Source of the DNA: Candidatus Delongbacteria bacterium
GTDB lineage: Bacteria; CAIWAD01
NCBI GenBank assembly: GCA_963663545.1
Contig: OY760505.1
Span: forward strand, 1,024,001-1,088,000
DNA: 64,000 nt
Reading direction: 5' to 3'
Position numbers and translations under genes: made by a program. Under the pieces are notes generated by a model that was not told where the DNA came from, ran no database searches, and saw nothing but the letters and a program-made list of their open reading frames with translations. Each line of letters opens with the position of its first letter. The first letter of the stretch is position 1. Shown one piece after another: positions 20,387 through 29,353 of this stretch.

Positions 20387-21163
20387 ATGGAAGAAAACTC
20401 CCACTGGCACAAAGACTGGTTTGAAGAAGCGTATGCAACCGTATATGCTCATCGCGATCCGGACGAAGCACAGCGCGCGCTGTTATCGCTGGCCAAACAC
20501 GCCAGCTTGCGCCCCGACGCCAAGGGAGATCGCGTGTTGGACCTGGGCTGTGGCGCTGGCCGCTACAGCATTCAACTAGCCTCCATGGGCTTTCATGTGT
20601 TGGCCCTCGACTACTCCATGTTCCTGCTTCGGCAGGCTCAAGCGAGCACGAAGCTGCCGTCCTCACAAGCTCCAACCTGGCTGCGCGGAAACTTCCATCA
20701 GCTTCCGCTTCGTGGCGGCTTCGACTGGGTGCTATCGCTGTTTACAAGTTTCGGCTACTGCGAGCGTGATACGGACAATGAAGCGCAACTTTCTGCCATG
20801 GCGGATTTGCTTGCACCGGGTGGCCGCTTGCTGATTGACTATCTCAATCCGCAAGCACTTCGCAAGGGACTAGTGCCCAGAAGTCAACGACACAACGGCG
20901 GTACCACAGTCGAGGAGACACGCTGCATCCGCGAGGATCTGAACATGGTGGAGAAACAAATTCGCTACTTCCCCACAGAGGGCCGCAATCCCAAAAACAC
21001 CGGCCACGGCGTTGAGCGCGTCAAACTCTATGAACCCGATTGGTTTGTAACACGACTGCCGCAACTAAGGCTACAACTTCATCTTGGCGATCTGGAAGGC
21101 TCACCCTGGAGCCCCGAAAGTGCGCGCAGTATTCTTGTTTTTTCCAGGGAGGCCCAATGCTGA
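20387..21163 (+). CDS. Class I SAM-dependent methyltransferase (candidate N-methyl-bacillithiol synthase)
   Basis: VLDLGCGAGRYS motif I, SLFTSFGY, LLAPGGRLLIDY; overlaps the bshC start. Confidence 0.85.
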   Translation: MEENSHWHKDWFEEAYATVYAHRDPDEAQRALLSLAKHASLRPDAKGDRVLDLGCGAGRYSIQLASMGFHVLALDYSMFLLRQAQASTKLPSSQAPTWLRGNFHQLPLRGGFDWVLSLFTSFGYCERDTDNEAQLSAMADLLAPGGRLLIDYLNPQALRKGLVPRSQRHNGGTTVEETRCIREDLNMVEKQIRYFPTEGRNPKNTGHGVERVKLYEPDWFVTRLPQLRLQLHLGDLEGSPWSPESARSILVFSREAQC

Positions 21164-22614
21164 AAGAAAGTCCTGAATCAGCCCTTTTGGACAAACGCCG
21201 TCGATTGGCAGAGCTGATTTCAGCACAAACGCCTACCCCCTGCGACGCAGAAACGGCGGCGATGGAGCGGCTGCGCAACCCTGACTCTTTAGTTCTGATC
21301 ACCGGTCAGCAATGCGGATTGATGCTTGGGCCCGCACTGGTGCTTTACAAGACGCTCGATCTCCTGCGTGTATCACGCAGCCTTTCATCTCCAACCGTTT
21401 GCGTGTTCTGGATGGAGGGTAACGATCACGACTGGGCCGAAGCCGCACGCCTGCATTTACCGGGCCGCCGCATTGTATATGAGCAGAGCACAGAGTCTGC
21501 CGGATGCAGCGTCGGTCATCTTCCGCTGAGCGAAGAAACGCGGGCAGACGCCGTATCACAATTTGAGAACAGCCTTGGCGCCTATCCATGCGTAGAACTA
21601 GGACAGATTCGTGATACACTTCTTCAAGCGAAGGATTTGGCAGATCAATTTCGTCACTACATGAGGAGGATCTTCGCGCATCATGGTCTGCTATTGCTGG
21701 ATCCTTCTGATCCCGATGCGCGCGAACTGGCAGTTCCCTTCTGGACAGCGCTCGCAGATAATGCGAATCAGCTGAAGGAGGCACTTGTATCACAAACAGA
21801 AGTGCTTCGCTCACAAGGCCAACGAATTCAAGTTGAAATCGATTCGAGGGCCGATTTCTTCGTGGAAGACCAGTGGGGAAAACGTGTCCGGCCTGAAGTA
21901 GCAAAACTGCCAAAGGATGTTCGACGTGTTACACCCACCGTGCTCACGCGGCCGTTACTTCAGGACTGGCTGTGTGATACATGGCTAACTGTCCTCGGAC
22001 CAGGAGAAATGTCTTATCAGCTGCAGTTGGATCTTGCCTACGAAGCACTTGGTCTTTGCCGACCACACCGGATGCCGCGCACACACATACAATTGCAGTT
22101 GCGTGAGGATCGCGATACTCTCCTGCGCTACGGCATTCCAGTCGAAGAGCCGCCGCGCCCGGGTTCACCCTGGCCGGAGCACCTGCTGGCGCAGTTCCCC
22201 GGTGCTCGCAAAGGAATAGCGGATCGCGACCAATTGGAACACCTCGCCAGTGAACTAGAAGACCTCACAGAGAGACGATCAACAGAATACAGACGTCCGG
22301 ATTTGCTCACACAAAGCGAAAAAGTATCACGCCAGATTCGCCAGCTCGGTGACCGCCTACTGCAGGCAGGGCAGCAGATCCACAAAGTCGAGTTACGCAG
22401 TCTGCAAGAGCGCTGTGCGTGGTTGGATCACAAGGACCATCCGCAAGAACGACAGATCAACGCACTCGCACTGCTCTGTCGCATGGGTGGAATTAAAGTC
22501 GTTGATCTGCTGCTGGAAGGGCTTCCGCCTGTGGATCTTACTCATCTGACAACGCCGCTTGCTGCGCGTGTCACACTGGACCTCGATCCGCTGCGGATCA
22601 CAGACTTGGAGTAG
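21157..22614 (+). CDS. bshC: Bacillithiol biosynthesis cysteine-adding enzyme
   Basis: ITGQQCGLMLGPALVLYK, VFWMEGNDHD, RPLLQD, GPGEMSY, PQER; adjacent to bshB1/bshA. Confidence 0.85.
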   Translation: MLKESPESALLDKRRRLAELISAQTPTPCDAETAAMERLRNPDSLVLITGQQCGLMLGPALVLYKTLDLLRVSRSLSSPTVCVFWMEGNDHDWAEAARLHLPGRRIVYEQSTESAGCSVGHLPLSEETRADAVSQFENSLGAYPCVELGQIRDTLLQAKDLADQFRHYMRRIFAHHGLLLLDPSDPDARELAVPFWTALADNANQLKEALVSQTEVLRSQGQRIQVEIDSRADFFVEDQWGKRVRPEVAKLPKDVRRVTPTVLTRPLLQDWLCDTWLTVLGPGEMSYQLQLDLAYEALGLCRPHRMPRTHIQLQLREDRDTLLRYGIPVEEPPRPGSPWPEHLLAQFPGARKGIADRDQLEHLASELEDLTERRSTEYRRPDLLTQSEKVSRQIRQLGDRLLQAGQQIHKVELRSLQERCAWLDHKDHPQERQINALALLCRMGGIKVVDLLLEGLPPVDLTHLTTPLAARVTLDLDPLRITDLE

Positions 22615-22616
22615 AA

Positions 22617-23333
22617 ATGGAAACACCTCCCGCATTGGACATGTTGGCCTTTGGCCCACATCCGGATGATGTGGAAATCTGCTGTGCCGGCACGCTGCTA
22701 AAGTGCAAAGCTCAAGGCTACAAGGTGGGCATTGTCGATCTGACGGCTGGCGAAATGGGAACCCGGGGCAGCCGAGAAATCCGCTCAGCCGAAGCGGCTG
22801 CTGCTACCCGTGTGCTGAATCTGGATTTCAGAGAATGCCTCGATCTTGGCGATGGTCGTTTGCGTGATACATACGAAAACCAAGTGGCCGTTGTCCGCGT
22901 GTTACGTGCCTGCAAACCGCAGCTGGTTCTGATACCCTGGAAGATCGACGATCATCCCGATCACGAACACGCTGCCGCAATTATCAAAGCAGCCTGTTTC
23001 ATGTCTGGAATGGCTCGTCTTGATACTGGACAACCACACCATCGCCCGGCGCGGATTTTGTATTACGCGGCCCGACGAGAGTTCCACCCCAGTCTGGTGG
23101 TCGATGTCAGCGAGTACTGGCCCAAGCGTGAAGAGGCTGCCCGTTGCTACCGCAGTCAGTTGTACGATCCGAGCAGCACGGAACCGCAAACCAAGATTGC
23201 CTCACCTGACTTCTGGCACCACATTACAGGACGCGCCATGTATTACGGACAACTCATCGGTGTGCGCTACGGCGAAGGCTTTTACTGTGAAGATGTCCTG
23301 CCCGTCAACGACCTGATCAGCACTCTGGCCTGA
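22617..23333 (+). CDS. bshB1: Bacillithiol biosynthesis deacetylase (PIG-L family)
   Basis: FGPHPDDVE, DLTAGEMGTRG, DDHPDH, YGQLIGVRYGEGF. Confidence 0.9.
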   Translation: METPPALDMLAFGPHPDDVEICCAGTLLKCKAQGYKVGIVDLTAGEMGTRGSREIRSAEAAAATRVLNLDFRECLDLGDGRLRDTYENQVAVVRVLRACKPQLVLIPWKIDDHPDHEHAAAIIKAACFMSGMARLDTGQPHHRPARILYYAARREFHPSLVVDVSEYWPKREEAARCYRSQLYDPSSTEPQTKIASPDFWHHITGRAMYYGQLIGVRYGEGFYCEDVLPVNDLISTLA

Positions 23334-23343
23334 GGAGAAACGC

Positions 23344-24456
23344 ATGAACATCGGCATCTGCTGTTATCCCAGTGCGGGCGGAAGCGGAGTGGTAGCAACC
23401 GAGCTTGGCATTGAGTTGGCTGCGCGCGGACACAGTGTGCACTTCATCAGCTACCGCAGGCCCTTCCGGCTGGATCGGCTGTATCCCGGTCTCTACTTTC
23501 ATCAAGTGGAAGTGAGCGAATACCCACTTTTCGAGTACCCGCCGTACAGCCTGGCACTGGCATCGAAGATTGTCGATGTAGCACAGCACGCTGGCCTGGA
23601 TCTGATTCACGCTCATTACGCTGTGCCACACGCTGTTTCCGCCTGGATGGCCAGTGAGATGCTTGGCAAGCAGCTTCCAACCGTCACAACCTTGCACGGC
23701 ACGGACATCACGCTGGTCGGGCAAACACAAGGGTATCTTCCCGTGACACAATTCGCTCTGCGTCACGCAGGAGCCCTGACGGCGGTCAGCAATTTTCTGA
23801 CAGACAAAACCAGGGAAGTGTTCGGTGCCGATTTGAGCATATGCCGCATCTACAACTTCGTTGACGTAGACCGCTTCGCTCCCCGCGCCAATCCTGAGTT
23901 GCGCTCCCGGTTTGCGGCACCCGATGCAGCACTATTGCTTCATGTCTCCAACTTTCGGCCTGTAAAACAGGTACACCGGGTCATTGAGGCCTTCGCGCAG
24001 ATTCAGGCCAAGCATCCCGCGCGTTTGTTGCTGGCTGGAATGGGTCCCGAGCGAAACGCGATGAAAATGCTCGCCCAGGAGCTTGGAGTGGAAAGCCGCG
24101 TTGAGTTCCTTGGAAATCAGGAAACCGTCACGGATCTAATGTCCATCGCCGACTTGTTCTTGCTGCCTTCAACCACGGAGAGTTTCGGTTTGGCGGCTCT
24201 AGAAGCCATGAGCTGCGGTGTTCCAGTTGTAGCCTCTCGCGTTGGCGGTCTGCCCGAATTGATTCAGCACGGCGAGAATGGCTATCTCTGTGATGCGACG
24301 GATTCCTCCGCATTTTCCCTGGCCAGCCTTGAACTGCTGCGTGATCCTGACTTGTACAAGCGCTTCAGCGAAGCTGCCCGTGCCACTGCCGTTGATCGTT
24401 TCACAATCCCGAAGATCCTGCCCGAGTATCTGGAGCTATACGAAAGCCTGCTTTGA
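23344..24456 (+). CDS. bshA: N-acetyl-alpha-D-glucosaminyl L-malate synthase
   Basis: [63 protein letters not shown]. Confidence 0.95.
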   Translation: MNIGICCYPSAGGSGVVATELGIELAARGHSVHFISYRRPFRLDRLYPGLYFHQVEVSEYPLFEYPPYSLALASKIVDVAQHAGLDLIHAHYAVPHAVSAWMASEMLGKQLPTVTTLHGTDITLVGQTQGYLPVTQFALRHAGALTAVSNFLTDKTREVFGADLSICRIYNFVDVDRFAPRANPELRSRFAAPDAALLLHVSNFRPVKQVHRVIEAFAQIQAKHPARLLLAGMGPERNAMKMLAQELGVESRVEFLGNQETVTDLMSIADLFLLPSTTESFGLAALEAMSCGVPVVASRVGGLPELIQHGENGYLCDATDSSAFSLASLELLRDPDLYKRFSEAARATAVDRFTIPKILPEYLELYESLL

Positions 24457-24577
24457 AGTAAAGCTTCACCAGGAATTCGTATTCGGCTTTCACCAGATCA
24501 CACGATCTTTCTTACCTTGTGGGGTCCTGTGATGCTGATTTCAGTCGCAGGATCGGGGGAAGAACGAGGAGACCTGA

Positions 24578-25909
24578 ATGGCAGGGACCATTCAGCCGAG
24601 AATTTACAACGGCACACGCGACATTCTACCCGCTCAAATGTTGCAGCGGGAGCGTCTTCTATCTGCAATGAGACGCTCATTCCAGCTCTACGGGTTCGCT
24701 CCAGTGGAAACTCCAGCGATGGAGTATCTGGAAATCCTATTAGGTAAGTATGGCGACGAAGAGCAGCTGATCTACAAGCTTGATTATCGCAACGATCAGC
24801 CCGATCGCCGTCTGGCGCTGCGCTATGATCTTACGGTACCGCTGGCCAGATTGGTGGCCATGAACGCCGACCTGCCCATGCCCTTCAAGCGCTACCAGTT
24901 CCAACCCGTCTGGCGGGCCGACCGACCCCAGCCGCACCAGGGGCGATTTCGCGAGTTCATGCAGTGCGATCTGGATACCGTGGGCAGTGCCAGTCTGATG
25001 TCCGATGCGGAGATTCTGGCTGCAGCAGCTGAGCTGATGAAGTCTCTGCAGCTCCCCGGCTTCGTGATACGCGTCAACCACCGTCGCCTGCTTTCTGCTA
25101 TGGTTGATGCAGCTGGCCTACCGCTTGAGCAAGAAAGCGCTGTCTGCGCCTCCATTGACAAGCTGGACAAGGTCGGCCTTGAAGGTGTTGCCGCCGAACT
25201 CGAGAAGCGCGGCATTCCCGGCGCGGCGAAAGAATCGATCCTGGAGCTGCTGGGACGCGAGGTCAGCCTGGGCAAGCTGGACGCGTTGCGAGATCTGGCT
25301 GCAGGTAGCGAAAAGGCCGAGAGCGCGCTTCGTGAGCTTGAAGAACTTTCGTCTTTGTGTCACGGACTTGGTGTCGAGGCCTCACATTTGCGCCTTGACT
25401 TATACCTGGCCCGCGGCCTTTCCTATTACACGGGCCCCATTTTTGAGACGGTTCTGCCCTCGCTTCCCCACATGGGAAGCCTGATGGGTGGTGGTCGCTA
25501 CGACGGCCTGGTGGGCATGTTCCTGGGACGCGATCTGCCAGCAGTGGGTGCCACCATGGGCCTGGATCGCATTCTTGCTGCAATGGAGCAGCTGAAGCTG
25601 CCCACGGCGGCCGCTACGCCCACCCGCTTTCTGATTACACGTTTCTTTGCGGATACCGAGCAGCGCTCACTAGCCCTGGCTGGCGAGTTGCGCGCGCTGG
25701 GTATTCCAACTGAAGTGTATCACGAACGGACCAAGTTAAAGAAGCAGTTCGCCTATGCCGATCGCCGCGGAATCCCCTACGTTCTTACGTTAGGGCCGGA
25801 CGAGGTGAAGGAAGGACTGGTTAACGTGAAACGAATGCAGGATGGACATCAAGAGGCGCTTGCGCTCGATGCCAGCGTCCTGCAGACGATGCTACAGAAT
25901 AGCCAGTGA
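24578..25909 (+). CDS. hisS: Histidine--tRNA ligase
   Basis: GTRDILP, ALRYDLTVPLAR, WRADRPQ..GRFREFMQCD, LARGLSYYTG, GGGRYDGL. Confidence 0.96.
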   Translation: MAGTIQPRIYNGTRDILPAQMLQRERLLSAMRRSFQLYGFAPVETPAMEYLEILLGKYGDEEQLIYKLDYRNDQPDRRLALRYDLTVPLARLVAMNADLPMPFKRYQFQPVWRADRPQPHQGRFREFMQCDLDTVGSASLMSDAEILAAAAELMKSLQLPGFVIRVNHRRLLSAMVDAAGLPLEQESAVCASIDKLDKVGLEGVAAELEKRGIPGAAKESILELLGREVSLGKLDALRDLAAGSEKAESALRELEELSSLCHGLGVEASHLRLDLYLARGLSYYTGPIFETVLPSLPHMGSLMGGGRYDGLVGMFLGRDLPAVGATMGLDRILAAMEQLKLPTAAATPTRFLITRFFADTEQRSLALAGELRALGIPTEVYHERTKLKKQFAYADRRGIPYVLTLGPDEVKEGLVNVKRMQDGHQEALALDASVLQTMLQNSQ

Positions 25910-26089
25910 TAAATTTGTCACAGGGATACGTTCTCACTGGCGCTTTTGCTTTGGCTTTCTACATTGAAAGATAATCTTAAGGTTGCTTGAACAGTTCGCC
26001 ACAACTGAATCAACCTAAAACCATTCAGGTTGGGGGCAGAGTCGGAAAGACGGAACGGCGCTAGCTCCCCTGAAAGACAGGAGTACCCG

Positions 26090-29000
26090 ATGAAGAAACT
26101 GCTTGTGGCCAGTCTTGTGTTGAGCGTGGCTGGTGCTTATGCTGCTTCCACTGATCTGGGTCAGCAGTCGCACTCGGCCAAGCCTTCTGCGAATCATAAT
26201 CTCGTTTCGCAGACTGGAAATCAGACCGCAGTCGTGACGAAAGAACAGGCTGTCTCGCGTGTCAGCGAGACACGTCAGCTGACCGCCGAAATGAAGCTCT
26301 ATTTTGAACTGAAAGAGCGCGGTTCCAGCATCCCGACATGGCTGCACGAGGCCCTTTTCCCGCAGAATGCTGAATCTCACGGTCTTCGTACCGGAGGCGA
26401 CAGTAGTGCAGATGCTACTGCCATAACATTCACCGTTGGCGAAGTTTGGAGTGATGACGGCGCAACGACCGACATGACCGATGCCTTGACTCACGATGAC
26501 GTAGTGGCACCGACGAGCTGCACCTCCACCATTTACACGAGTTCTTATGTCGCACCGGATGCATGGTACAGCTTCACCCTTGACGGTGAGTACCTGGTCT
26601 CTGCAAGTACTTGCGATGCCGACATGGCTACCTTTGATACCGTGTTGGCGATTCTTGATGGCGACTTGAATGCAGTCGCTATCAACGATGATGGTGAGAA
26701 TGGCGACACTGACTGTGGTATCCACAGCTACATTGCACCCTGCACCCTGCCCGCTGGTGACTATTATCTGGTCGTTGACGGTTACAACAATGCCTCCGGC
26801 GACTACACAATTGAGCTATTGGTTGACAATCCCTGCGAAGATTTCGACTGCACTGGTATCGACAACGAAGATGAGGGTATCTATACAGGTGCCGAGGGCG
26901 ACGTAACCAACGGTGGTTGCAATGTGACTCCGCCAGTCTTCATGGATCTTGCTCCCAATGGTGAATACTGCGGCACCTTCTTCACTTTTGAAACAGAAGA
27001 AGGCAGTAGTCGTGACATGGACTGGTTCGAGTTCACGCTGACTGAAGACAGCAACGTGTACTTCACTGGCTTCTCTTGCGGCTCTTACCTCATGTTATTG
27101 ATCGATGACAATTGCGGCGACGACCTTACCATCCTAGAGGACATTACATGCCCGATGGGCGAGGCGACTCTGGATTGCGGCGATATGTTCGCTGGCACCT
27201 ATCGCTTCGTTATCGCCCCTTCGGCTTTTACGGGCATGCCCGATGAAGTTAGCTGGCACTTTGAAATGACAGCTACTCCGGTCACCATTGAGAACCCCTG
27301 TGAGACAGCGCAGGAATTGACTTGCGGCTCTACCCTTACTGGTACAAACGTTGGTGCCGTGAACTACGTTGGAAATGCTGCTGGCGACGTTTTCTACTAC
27401 TTCACGCTGGAGAATGCAGGGTTAGTCGAGATCAACCTCTGCGACGCAAGTACAGATTACGACAGCTATCTGCGATTGTACGACGACTGCCCGATTAGTG
27501 GCGGCACCCAGTTGGCTTATGACGATGACGGCCCCACTTGCGAAGTGGATACAGCTCCTTATGAGCCTTCCGCCATCGAGAATGTGATGCTTGAAGCTGG
27601 AACCTACTGGATTGTGGTTGAAGGTCTGGGTGAGAACGAGGGTAACTTCGGTGTAAACCTTACTTGCTCCGATCCCTGCGAACCCTACGACTGCACCGGT
27701 CTGGACAACGAGGACGAAGGTTACTACACCGATGAGGACGTGACCAACGGTGGTTGCAACCTCGACAATCCGGTTTTCAGCAACATCGACTGCGACGGCG
27801 AAGTTTGCGGTACAATGTTCACCTACATCACCGGTGAAGGCACTGAAACTCGTGACATGGACTGGTTTGAGTTCACTCTGCTTGAGGACGCTTCTGTGAC
27901 CTTCAACGGTTATGCTTGCGGCGTCTACAACATGTGGGTTCTTGACAACTGCGACAATCTGTCTACCCTTGGCAGTGCCACCAACCAGTACGGTGCGGGC
28001 ACTGTTACGGCTGGACCGCTCTACGCTGGCAGCTACCTGTTCATCATTGCACCGGCTGGCTACACTGGCATGGCCGATGAGACCGTGTGGCACGTTGACA
28101 TGACCTGCACACCCGAGAACATCGAGAACCCCTGCGACAATGCCACTGAGATCACCTGTGGTGAGACCTATGCCGGCAGCACCGTCGGCAACATGAACTA
28201 TGTCGGCAACAACGCTGGTGATGCCTTCTTCACCTTCACAATGACAGCGGCTGGCCTGGTCTCCTTCGATCTGTGCGATGCCGGTACCGATTACGACACT
28301 TACCTGAGTCTGTATAGCGGTTGCCCCGTTGACGGTGGTACACTGGTAGGCAGCAACGATGATGGCCCCGACTGCGAAGTCAGCAGTGCCGAGTACCCGC
28401 CCTCCTATCTTGAAGTCGAGCTTACCGCAGGTACCTATTACGTGGTGGTTGACGGCTTCAGCGACAACGAGGGTAACTACGTCCTGCATTTCGATTGTGA
28501 CGATCCTTGCCAGCCCTACGACTGCACGGGTCTTCCCGAAGAAGGCGAAGGCTACTACACCGATGAGGACGTGACCAATGGTGGTTGCAACCTCGACACC
28601 CCGATCTTCAGCGAGCTCGCTTGTCACGCTGAAATCTGCGGTACCTTCTTCACCTACGTCACCGGTGAAGGCACTGAAACCCGTGACATGGACTGGTACG
28701 AGATCACCCCGCTGAATGATGAGACCATCACCTTCACGGGCCACGCTTGTGTCACCTACAACATGTGGATCATTGACAACTGCAACGATCTGAACGTGTT
28801 GGACTTCACCTCTGGTTATGGCACCCAGACCCTGAGCCTTGAGGTGACTGCCGGTTCCTACATCTGCCTGATCGCCCCTGCCGATTACAGCGGCATGGCT
28901 GATGAAACCGAGTATCACATCGAGCTGGACTGCAGCGTTGGTGTCGAGCAGATCGCCGCTCCGGAGGCCTTCAAGCTCGGCCAGAACTTCCCGAACCCCT

Positions 29001-29227
29001 TCAACCCCACCACCACCATTAGCTGGATTCAGCCCGAGATGGCCAAAGCCACTCTGACGATCCACAACATTCTTGGTGAGGTTGTCGCCGCCTACGATCT
29101 CGGCCAGCGTGATCCTGGTCAGCAGAGCTTCGTGTGGAATGCCAGCGATCTGGCCAGCGGTGTCTACTTGTACACCCTGACCACTGCCGGCAACTCCGCC
29201 ACTTACAAGGCTGTTCTGCTGAAGTAA
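26090..29227 (+). CDS. Large secreted Cys/Asp-rich repeat protein (PPC-like domains alternating with a NGGCN module), T9SS-like CTD
   Basis: Signal peptide MKKLLVASL with AGGAG RBS; three copies of PC..DCTG...DVTNGGCN...RDMDW; YYxVVDG PPC-like strands; QNFPNPFNP CTD. Confidence 0.85.
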   Translation: MKKLLVASLVLSVAGAYAASTDLGQQSHSAKPSANHNLVSQTGNQTAVVTKEQAVSRVSETRQLTAEMKLYFELKERGSSIPTWLHEALFPQNAESHGLRTGGDSSADATAITFTVGEVWSDDGATTDMTDALTHDDVVAPTSCTSTIYTSSYVAPDAWYSFTLDGEYLVSASTCDADMATFDTVLAILDGDLNAVAINDDGENGDTDCGIHSYIAPCTLPAGDYYLVVDGYNNASGDYTIELLVDNPCEDFDCTGIDNEDEGIYTGAEGDVTNGGCNVTPPVFMDLAPNGEYCGTFFTFETEEGSSRDMDWFEFTLTEDSNVYFTGFSCGSYLMLLIDDNCGDDLTILEDITCPMGEATLDCGDMFAGTYRFVIAPSAFTGMPDEVSWHFEMTATPVTIENPCETAQELTCGSTLTGTNVGAVNYVGNAAGDVFYYFTLENAGLVEINLCDASTDYDSYLRLYDDCPISGGTQLAYDDDGPTCEVDTAPYEPSAIENVMLEAGTYWIVVEGLGENEGNFGVNLTCSDPCEPYDCTGLDNEDEGYYTDEDVTNGGCNLDNPVFSNIDCDGEVCGTMFTYITGEGTETRDMDWFEFTLLEDASVTFNGYACGVYNMWVLDNCDNLSTLGSATNQYGAGTVTAGPLYAGSYLFIIAPAGYTGMADETVWHVDMTCTPENIENPCDNATEITCGETYAGSTVGNMNYVGNNAGDAFFTFTMTAAGLVSFDLCDAGTDYDTYLSLYSGCPVDGGTLVGSNDDGPDCEVSSAEYPPSYLEVELTAGTYYVVVDGFSDNEGNYVLHFDCDDPCQPYDCTGLPEEGEGYYTDEDVTNGGCNLDTPIFSELACHAEICGTFFTYVTGEGTETRDMDWYEITPLNDETITFTGHACVTYNMWIIDNCNDLNVLDFTSGYGTQTLSLEVTAGSYICLIAPADYSGMADETEYHIELDCSVGVEQIAAPEAFKLGQNFPNPFNPTTTISWIQPEMAKATLTIHNILGEVVAAYDLGQRDPGQQSFVWNASDLASGVYLYTLTTAGNSATYKAVLLK
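27670..28930 (+). repeat. Intragenic duplication (period about 831 nt) in the 26090 gene
   Basis: tactacaccgatgaggacgtgaccaa.ggtggttgcaacctcgaca and accggtgaaggcactgaaac.cgtgacatggactggt recur at about 27722/28553 and 27831/28662. Confidence 0.85.
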
Positions 29228-29251
29228 GCGGACATGGCATCTGCCTTATGC

Positions 29252-29279
29252 AAGGCCCTCGCTTCGGTGAGGGCCTTTT
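29252..29279 (+). terminator. Rho-independent terminator
   Basis: AAGGCCCTCGC-ttcg-GTGAGGGCCTT-TT. Confidence 0.85.
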
Positions 29280-29353
29280 CTATTATGTGTCTAGCACCTT
29301 AGCTGCTTCGATCCTATGTTGTTGGGTTCTGCATCGACCCTATGGAGAAAGAA

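Noticed and set aside
27422..29065. 547-aa minus-strand ORF (and similar antisense ORFs at 37907-39283 and 42356-43474)
   Set aside because: Shadow frames of strongly codon-biased plus-strand genes; no motifs or RBS
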